From contig NC_134031.1 of NCBI RefSeq assembly GCF_964204645.1, positions 3,224,001 through 3,288,000 on the forward strand: a stretch of DNA of 64,000 bases, read 5' to 3'. This DNA comes from Tubulanus polymorphus. Taxonomy: Eukaryota; Animalia; Nemertea. Position 1 is the first letter of the stretch. Each line of letters opens with the position of its first letter. This document shows, piece after piece, positions 55,101-64,000 of the stretch. A program made the translations under genes and the position numbers. The notes beneath the pieces are model-generated. The model did no database searches. It saw nothing but the letters and a program-made list of their open reading frames with translations, and had not been told where the DNA came from.

Positions 55101-58100
55101 TGATTACACGATATGATATGTGAATACTGTTCATCATATTGTGATGTAGATAAATTGAATTTTCTCAATTTTTATTTATTTATCTTTTCTATACCTTTCT
55201 AAACTGACTTCATCTATCGATACGAAATCATTAAGAATTATTTCAAAGCTGTATAATGCTCACACGGAATTATATTTATCAGCATACAAAGGTTCGAATT
55301 TTTGAAGTGATTGGGTACCCGGAATTTCCAAAGATTATTGGCATGTTCGTTGTTAGCGATGGCCTATATACGCCAGGCCTAACTTCCCGTTTGGGCACAC
55401 ATTGCATAAGAAAGATATCGAGGTGTTATACATGTGATGTGATAATACCGAAAAGCACATTGAAACCTTAGTCAATTTTATTCAACTTATCTAAAAGTAC
55501 TTTACACCGCCTTATACCCTTCAACAACTTCCTGGTTGGCGGTAGCCACCGCGCAAACCGCACAGGAGTATTAGTCAGTCAAATAATATTAATCATTTCC
55601 TGCCAACCTATAATTGTTTATTCAGAAATATGCGATATACGTTCAGCAAATACAAATTATTACGCGGATTCGTTGCTTATCTCCGTTATCTAGAACATCG
55701 CGAGTCACATCGCCGAGCTTTCGGCTACAACATTTTTGGACCGGAGCTATATAGAATAATCGAACGTAAATTCATCTTAAACGAAATATCAAGTTGCGAT
55801 TTGTAATTAGAATATGTTCATTTTCAAACATTTAACTCGTCTAACGCGTCGTATCGGGTCTATCGGTTCCTACCGCTCTTGCCAATACAAGGAATAGCGT
55901 GTACGCCATCAAAGGTCTTCCCTCCGGCCACCTGTTGGAGAAGGCCTATAACATCGGGAAAATGCGGTTAGTTTTTCGAATAAGTAATTTAGACTATTCG
56001 TGTTGTGGGACTTAATCTATTTAAACTCTACGGATTATGTAGTTATGGGAACTAGATTTCTTAGAATCATTACATTGGCCATTCACAGATGAACGCACGG
56101 CATCGTATAAGTTTTTTGCCCGATTTGTCTGATATCGTGGAATGTCGTATTTCGAACAGTTTTTATAACTCGGCCTTTCTTAGCGTTGAGGTTGTTCGTC
56201 ATAGTCTTTTCTTATTAATTCAATTCGCAAAATCGAGAGAAAGCGCGATATATTCTACGAACAGCGGTGGGTTCGTGATTTATGATTTTTCACAACGCTT
56301 CGGGAGGTGAAGGCTCGCAAGAATGCGGATGAAGCACTCCATCGTCGAATGATCTCCGGTTATTCGGAAATTAGTGCTTTTCTCCGGCTATTCCTGTTAT
56401 AATTACGTTTACGCGGCTGGATCACGACGACGGCCGCCGGACATAGTCACCACCAATGCACCGGCGCACGTGGATAAGTAGCGGGCGTCGCGGGTTTTGA
56501 CTAAAAAAAATTTGTCCGCGTGTTCTAACAAGATTGCCGCAACACGTATATGAGGCTTCTTTGTTTCTCACGAGCCGAAGATAGACGTGTAGGGAGATAC
56601 GTATACTTACGACGTGATACTTTAAGCTGTCGCCGCTCGCGGATAACGCCGCGCTCCACGGACGCTTCGAGTGTTCCCTTATATTGCGATCAATCGGTCC
56701 GTTCGATCGACAATCAATCGCCTGATTCGAAAACGGAGTTAACTTTACGTATAAACACTCGCTTACATGACTAGCTAGACTCCTGCATTGCTAGATAAAG
56801 CTCGCGCGTCTTTCGACGATGTCGGTTATAACACTGTGACGTCAGATTCTATTCGGACAAAACGCTGTAAACCTGTTTTAGGACTCTACTTCGAGTTGGA
56901 TGCCAGTCGCTTGAATCATGAACTTTTACACTCTGTTCTGCTGTTGTTTCAGAGGGAAGGAAATGAAAAATAGGCTTCGTTTTCTAAGACGAAGACACAC
57001 AGACACAACTTTAGGTATGAAAGCTGCTAAAATGAAGGACGGCCAGCCCGGTAAACCAACTGCAAAAGAGGCATTGGACTGGGGAAAGTCGTTAGAGCAT
57101 CTACTAAACGATAGAAGTAAGTTGAACGTATAATATTTGCAGTAATTGTGATAGAAATTAGAACCCTCGAATATTCCAATCCCATTAGAATCCATTGCCA
57201 ACCCTTCCGTAGCTAGTCTAAGTACAAGAATACCAATATTTCTTCTTATATATAATTACAATCACATGGAAAAGTATATGACAAAATACCGCGTTGAGAA
57301 ATATTTTAAAACAAGACGATTGACAAGAGTCTAGCTTATGAGATATACAAATTTAAAGGCGTGCCGGTGGTCTCATTAACACTCAACTAATTACCATCGA
57401 CGTATGAACTATATAAACCTAGAGCTCTAACACTCAACTGATTATCATCGGCTTATATGGCATTAAGGATGGGCATGAAGTTAAACACGATTCACATCTA
57501 CGAATTAATGCTAGTAACTTACCTGATAATTAAGATCATTTTAATATAAGTTGACAAGAAAATTTATAATTTCCATGTCGAAAATATCCATTCCATTCGG
57601 AAGTATGTGAAAAGCCCGAAAATATGTATCTGTGAATGGTTTAAATAAAAGAATGACTTTATCTTGATTTTTAGAGATTTTTATAACGAACTCTCCCGCT
57701 GTTGTAAGACCTGTCACTCGATGTTCTAATCGAGATTATACGATTTTCTTGCAGATGGGGTACAATTATTCCGTAGCTTCCTTCGCACTGAATTCAGTGA
57801 CGAAAACCTAGAATTTTGGATCGCCTGCGAAGATTATAAGAGCGTCGGCAAGGGCGCCAAGCAGGGCGCCAGAGCCCGGGAAATTTATAACGACTATGTT
57901 GCAATACAAGCACCGCATGAGGTATGTTCAACAAAATAAATCTATATAATAAGACCTATTTTTGTATTTTTTTTTCCTAAACCGTTGCTCCTGAGTTGAG
58001 TTATGACCCTGAATATTTCATCTTTTGTTTGGTTAGATCTAACGCACTTACTTACATTGTTTTCGTTCATCTTTGGATGGGAACTTTCGTAATTATACTT

Positions 58101-58606
58101 TTAACCTTCGAAAACTTCTCTGTACATCAAAAACAAAGGAAGGGTTTTTTAAGTTACAAAATATATGAGGTCGGTTAGATTTAACTTGTTTGTCATCTTC
58201 TTTTTCCTAGAGAATCTAAAATCTTATATGGGAATTTTCTTCGTGGATTTCCATGCCAATTGCCATTCCAGTTGCCGTCTTTGACAAAAACTTTCATCCA
58301 CTTGCAGAATTAGGTCCCGGTTTTAACCTTCCTGATATTTTGTAATACTGATATACTTCGTAAATTTGACAAATTCCATCCAAATGTTTATCCCAACACC
58401 AAAAACTAAATTTTCATCGTATGCTATATTTTCAGATAAACCTCGATTCCGATACTCGGGCTGCCGTCGCCAAAGTAATGGACAATCCAAATAAACACAC
58501 ATTTGAGCTGGCTCAAAAACGCATACAAGCATTAATGGAAAAGGATTCATATCCGAGATTTCTAAAATCTGACGTGTATATTAGTTTAACTGGACAAGAC
58601 ACTTAG
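40125..58606 (+). CDS. RGS: Regulator of G-protein signalling, R4/RGS3-like (long isoform ~358 aa from the ATG at 40125)
   Basis: Phase-consistent exons: (39978)40125-40589, 49525-49634, 56953-57116, 57755-57921, 58436-58606. RGS box: [41 protein letters not shown]...IYNDYVAIQAPHEINLDSDTR...FELAQKRIQALMEKDSYPRFLKSDVY. It is preceded by GKEMKNRLRFLRRRHTD, resembling the amphipathic KDMKxRLG segment of RGS3/4. The first exon is open back to the acceptor at 39977, so the N-terminus may extend further. Confidence 0.92.
41622..43272 (-). CDS. Myb/SANT-like DNA-binding domain protein (MSANTD/Myb_DNA-bind_5 type), ~321 aa, nested antisense in an RGS intron
   Basis: Phase-consistent exons 43272-43263, 43067-42937, 42777-42522, 42190-41622 (966 nt). 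KIRNNNFTSHEKSVVHSLVIKH...KQAKWSQLTAEFNAQPG...RDVKQLRLCWKNMKAR is the trihelix Myb/SANT-like signature. It is followed by an acidic linker and a C-terminal coiled coil with EHExKM repeats. AATAAA on - at 41190-41185; TATA-like run at ~43560-43567. Confidence 0.88.
43715..43760 (-). ncRNA. Minimal hammerhead-ribozyme-like motif (Penelope type)
   Basis: Minus strand: aagc-CTGACGA-ttgtctccgggagaatcc-GAAA-CGTC. The core is intact; stems I and II are imperfect. Confidence 0.4.
48507..48565. repeat. (TTCA)n microsatellite
   Basis: Direct observation. A degenerate second tract lies at ~61360-61420. Confidence 0.97.
48976..49011 (+). CDS. RGS: Alternative first coding exon of RGS (MISAVTMLMATC), giving a ~215-aa short isoform
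   Basis: TATATAAAG at 48895-48903 and an in-frame upstream stop at 48961. Twelve codons are followed by a perfect GTAAGT donor at 49012 in phase 0, matching the phase-0 exon at 49525. Confidence 0.6.
51262..51445. repeat. Three tandem ~57-bp units (TACAACGAACTTCAG...AGAAAATCGGTTCGCTATAAC), probable DNA-transposon end
   Basis: Units start at ~51279, 51338 and 51395, preceded by TA-CTGTAGAGCCTCG, which resembles Tc1/mariner/pogo-type MITE termini. Confidence 0.7.
53115..53305 (+). promoter_or_regulatory. Candidate third RGS promoter and non-coding first exon
   Basis: TATAAATA at ~53116 and a strong ccg|GTAAGT donor at 53300. Splicing to 56953 would leave ATG AAA AAT (MKNRLRFL) as the start. 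Confidence 0.4.
54600..54895. mobile_element. Fold-back element with tandem GGTAA(A/T)AATGCCAG sub-repeats in inverted arms
   Basis: The left arm 54611-54673 (four units) is the reverse complement of units in 54803-54845. Confidence 0.65.
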
Positions 58607-61600
58607 ATGATCTTATCTAGCGAAACGTTTTTAGTCCGACACATACATATATTATACACAAAAGCCACACACATGAATAATATAGACGATCATTACAGAA
58701 AATGGTTATAGGTAGGTTTTGTTGTCTGGGGATCGGTAAATATGGCGGTCGTGTTGTCGCCGATGTCGAGATAGATGACTAGTTTCGCCGACGAGATGTC
58801 ACCATACCATCACGCTTTCAGACAGCTGGATACAGAATTATCGCATGTGAAAGATTTCTATATACCTGTGTCGGTAAGATAGCGAATTGTACTGGGTTGG
58901 GCCGCGCTGTGCGCCGACAAGTAATCTGCAACTGAATCGGTCTGTCGTTTCCATGGAAACGTCTTCGTTATCCAACTGGTACGTACATTAGCATCTTCCA
59001 TCCTGTGTATATCGGAGATGGCGGAGGTATTGCGAAGCGAAATCGGCAAAGCAGAATAGTGTGACTTGTCACAGTTAATGTGTATATGGTCGCATTGCGT
59101 AATCTTTGAACTGGTTTAAATCCGTTGCGCACGCATCGAAGAGGAGTTCAATTTATCTGTCTATTCTTGCAATACGGTGTGGAAATTGAATACATTTGTT
59201 CTCTCGGCTCAGGCCGAGATAACGACGATGCTCTTGAAGATATTCGCCTAAACAATTTAAACCGTAACCTGTCGTTATTTCTGAGTAAAGTTATCTATGA
59301 TTTCTGTTCAGTAAAAGTCATAGCGAATAGGCTACGTTCAAATGGGTTTAGATTCATGTTTTGAAAAAAAATGTAATCATATATTAAACTGCCCAATAAC
59401 TCCCCATGCAGAGATTCGAACCTGAACGTGAGGAACTGTCACAGATCGGTCGCCTACCCATTAGCTAGCCATAGGCTCAAAAAAGTGTCGACACAATCGG
59501 CGGGGTTGATGATGTATCCGTGGATGAAATGTTAACGACAATATAACCTAACCTTGGCCCAAACCCTAACCGTTCATCGCATTCAAGTAGTTGAGGTAAC
59601 TTATTATCCATGAATACATCGAAAACCCAGATTTTTTCACTACGTATATTCATTCAACTGTAGAAACCATTGCCATAATGAAACGTGATTTCTGATTGGC
59701 GAACGGTTACGTCATGATATTCTCAGCGCGCCCGAGGTTTTCGTATCGGTGGCAGAAGGTTCGAATCCCTGCAAGGGGAAGACGGTGTTGTCGGTTGCTG
59801 CCTAACTGCCCACAAATCGACCTACTTTCATCCATTCTGTAATTCATTATCTTTTTGTATATATTGTTTTTGTTGGCCGTGAGCCGTTTGGTTTTATTTT
59901 ATTATTAACGATTGCTTTGACTGTCAAATCAAGCGCTTAGTTTCGAATGATATCATCGTTCAGATTAGTTACACGCGATAGAAAAAATGTCCCTTTTTCG
60001 CCAGCAACGAAATCTGTGGAAATCTAGTGAATTAGAATGCGCCCCCGATATATGCCGGGACACATGTGAGTGGCCGCGTCCGTATTTCCAAATTTCGTTT
60101 TTGTACGTGGGGTTTCTTTCGTATCGAAATAAGAGATAGTCGTTTGTAATTTCCGAATACAAAGTCTACTCTTGGACACTAGAACCTTGTATTTCTTTGC
60201 ATCGATGATGATCGTATCCATAAAACAACTTGACAAGTTCGAAATTAGTTGAATTGCTATTATTTTGAATGTTCCAAGTGACTTTCTCGACCGTGCAGCT
60301 AAGACAACCTTCGGAAAGTTGTTGAATATCATTAGATATGTATGTATGTACGCAAAAATGTATATGTGATCACACTGTTCCTTGGAGCTCTTTTTCCAAA
60401 GCGGTGTTAGCCTCTCAAGTTAACCGAACGGATCAGACAGTTTTTCGAAATGAATGAATGAAAAGTGTAGCCCGTGTGAAATTCACTCGAATTTATTTTA
60501 ATATCTCGATACTCGTACACCACAAGCCCGTAGCCAGACATAGGGAGTTTGATTTTCACGAAACTAGACTTTTTGAACAAGTTTAAGTCGCAGGTCCTAG
60601 GAGTGCTTCTCGGAAATTGAGATGCAAAGAAGAACAACCGCGCGGCTTCTGTCGAAGTAAAAAAAAACTGCTTCTTTTATCTACAATTTTCGATAAAGTA
60701 AGGTTGGAAGCATGTTTTGAACGAGAACTAACGAAAAAAGTGTCACCAATTGCGAATCTTTTAAAAAACGGTGCTCAAATTTTCTTTAGGTCGGCATCAT
60801 CAGAGTGGACCTCCGTCGTTCGTTCGAAAGGACCTGCCAGCACGCCATGAAAACCAGTAGGTCAGGCATGCGATGCTGTAACGACCGTTAATTTCAAATT
60901 CCTCGTTAACAAACTCGATCGAAAGTCGACAGAATTTTGCGATTGCATTCATTCATTCATTTTAATATTCAAAAAAATTGAATAAAGCTCACTTCAATCA
61001 GTGTCATTAGAATAAAGCTTTATTGAGACCCGGAGTCGAACCAGGTTTAGTCAATCAATGTGTTCCTAATTCTAATTGGTCGTTTAGTCATAATATATAT
61101 CATTTCAACGCGATGGAGTCGCTCTTTCTGACACTGGGGAAGGACATGCTCCCTCGGCAGGGATTCGAACCTGATGGCATCGTAAACCTCGGCCATTCGT
61201 TTCCAGGATAGGCGGGGTCGCTTTTTGCATCACTTGGTCCTTCGTGAAAAGTTTCAATATTAACGACGACATAATTGATAACAGTAATAACAATAATGAT
61301 AAGTAAAAAGTAATAATATTAATGGAAAAAGATAGCTATCGTGTTATGGTAAATGTAATCCATTCATTAATTCATTCATTAATTCATTCATTCATTCATC
61401 CATTCATTCATTCATGCATTCGTGGTCGTTTTATTTTCTACAAAAACATACTCTTGCGTCTATAAGCATATATAACTAATACCTATAACTAGTGTACAGT
61501 TCCTGATATTACTGTTATGATAATATACGCGATTGATATTACATTGAGGCCACACTATGTAGATAGACAAACTTGTAGATACAAATCGACATTACTCTCA

Positions 61601-63603
61601 TTAAAGGATGTTAATTAGGGATGATGATGGTGGTTCATGACTGTTTATGATGTTTACTTGAAAATAGATATGTATAATAACAGGCAACTGGTTATATTGA
61701 ATGAAACCTGTTCGATTGTTCAAAATCTAGGCTTATTCATTGAAACTACGCTTAATCGTTGCTAGACGGTATTTTGTTTAATTTACCGCCTAATCACCTT
61801 TCGGTGGCATATAATTTAAGATGAAATAAATTCCGACATTGATTGAATTCATCACTAACACGTGTAACCGTGGCCTTGCGTCATAATTATTCATGTATTT
61901 GAAGCCGAAACGTGTAATTGTAATAGTCAAATTATACCTCCCAACGCACTGGATCTGGGTCACGCCATATCTCTAGTAAAGATACGATCGATATCTATTT
62001 ATTTTTACATGGTTGGTCACCGTAGCAATAATGCGAATAATGCGACAGTTCAATTCTGAAGAGATGAATACGCTGTGATTAATTTGCTATGATGTTTGGG
62101 TGGAGTCGTCATCGAACGGTTCTCTGCTGATGAATGCTGTGTGCGTCAACAGTTGCGCCATCTGAGTTCTCGTTTCGAGACCAAACGACCGTTCGCCGCA
62201 TCTTTCATTTATGTTCATTCGTAAAAAACTGAAAAAAATGTTCTGCAAAAAATGTAAGGTAATAATTTGGCAAGAAGTTTTTGACAGAAAGAAAAAGATT
62301 ATTTTCTGAGTGAGTGTTGCACGAATGGATTTGAATGACAATCATCTCGCTGTACTTATGCGGATAAATAATTCTTAAGTCTTTGTATATGTTGTTACCG
62401 TCACTTCGTCCATTCCTCGCTTGCCGCGGCCCGAGCTGGTCGTCTCGTCGATCGACAGGCCTCCTCGAAACTCTCCCCGGCAAGCGAGGAGGTTACAATT
62501 TGCTCCGTGATCGTAGACTCGTTGAAATGCTCCTCATGTGCTCAAATGTAAGCGATATTTCTTTGCAACACTCACGGTTCGATCAGACAAGGTAGGCTAT
62601 ATAGAGCGACTTTCGATTAGGAAGAAATGAGACAATTCTTAAACTGGGTTTAAAACAGTTTAAGGCGGTTTAAAACAGTTTTTAGAGTAGCATCCATGCT
62701 TTTTGTGTGGTATAGAGATAGCAAGGGTAAAAATGATACGCTAGTTCCATGGCCTAGACATATTGTACGCGCGCTTGTATTTTGAAATTTAAATCTTCAT
62801 ATTTCTTCGTTAGAAAAATGTGGAGAGGCGGCGCCGCGGCAAATTAATTGAGTTTGGATATTTGAAAATACCACATGAGTTCGTAGTTGAAGTTTAGGGA
62901 TGAATAGTAGTAGCTTAGATCATCCAGTATCCCAAGTACGTCCATTGCAATTGGCCGTATATCCACATGATTTCAGTGAAATCTTTACACTATTCAAAAC
63001 ACCCTATATTTTTAGTATAATGTCTACTTCAAGGCCATTCAATGACGCTTCACCGAATGCAGAACCTGGGCTACTGTTCGCCCCCTAACGTCAACTACGA
63101 ACCTCTGTCGGAAAATACCGATCGAATTATCGTTCAGTTTATGCGGTGCTGTCACGATTAATCCGATTGCTCCAATTCCTAGTTAACGAGTATTGCATTG
63201 ACGGCGTATTCGAGTGATATATGATAATAATACATTGATAATAAATATTCTTGGCTTCTTGAATAAATAAAAAGGTGACACTGAATTTAGCCATAAATGC
63301 ATTTTCTATTTTGTATGTGTCTTGTTGTTAATATATTTAAACGTTAATATAATTACTATTGTTGTTATATCATTGGTGTTTTTCCTTCCAGCATGTATTC
63401 ACTGTGTAAATAAATGACATAAAATCGGGAAACACTGATGTTTGATTCTCTTTACGTCGTTAGCGTTTCTATTCGTCGTTTCTAAACATTACATCTGGAA
63501 AAAAATGGCGCTTGTGTTGTAAAATTTCTACAGTTCGGTTTATGTGTATATGCCACTTCAAAGTGACTTTCCGATCGAGTTCCATCTGGCCCACAGGAGT
63601 ACT

Positions 63604-63898
63604 TTAACCCTTTCAGTGCTGACTAATTAATACCCTATAGTGCTGGAGAAATTTTGAAAATTCTAAAAAATTCCACCCTAGTGTGTTGAACAATGGGAAT
63701 ACCACTATAGTGCGTCTACACCGCAGTGCGGTGTATCGTTAGTTACTAGTATTCACTATGTTTGACACTTGCTGCCATTTTTCAATAGAGATAATTACAA
63801 ATTACTAATTACATCAATACACCGCAGTGCGGTGTACTAGCAAAATCCATCACTGATTTATACACCGCACCGCGGTGTAGACGCACTGAAAGGGTTAA
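63604..63898. mobile_element. piggyBac-type MITE (287 bp, TTAA target-site duplication)
   Basis: TTAA (63604-63607), TIR CCCTTTCAGTGC (63608-63619), TIR GCACTGAAAGGG (63883-63894), TTAA (63895-63898). No ORF. Confidence 0.9.
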
Positions 63899-64000
63899 AC
63901 GAAAGTAAAAAGGCGTGTGTAACATACGAGAGCGCGAAGCTCTAGTTCATTTGAAAGTATGTAGCCCTAGTCGAATATTAACACGTCGGTATCATACAGC

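Overview
This is AT-rich, intron-containing eukaryotic DNA from an invertebrate-type animal genome (spliceosomal GT-AG introns, no obvious CpG depletion). Most ORF-track entries are spurious or partial exons. By hand-splicing with exon-phase checks I can reconstruct three intact genes. (1) A 12-coding-exon, ~828-aa non-classical cadherin on + (3673-10984): signal peptide, 5 EC repeats, a membrane-adjacent domain, TM, and a short Cys-rich tail. (2) An R4/RGS3-like regulator of G-protein signalling on + (40125-58606), with at least one internal alternative first exon. (3) A 4-exon Myb/SANT-like (MSANTD-type) gene on - (43272-41622), nested in an RGS intron. The apparently empty 11.5-34 kb interval appears to hold a heavily decayed minus-strand pseudogene. 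Its remnants read, in order, signal peptide, Bark-beetle-like beta-helix modules, CUB-like, FN3-like, TM-like and TIR-like; this is motif-level inference and needs HMM confirmation. The window also has a piggyBac-type MITE, fold-back elements with tRNA B-box-like ends, Penelope-type minimal hammerhead-like motifs, an RTE-like LINE fragment, several dispersed repeat families and microsatellites. I see no CRISPR array, rRNA or intact tRNA.
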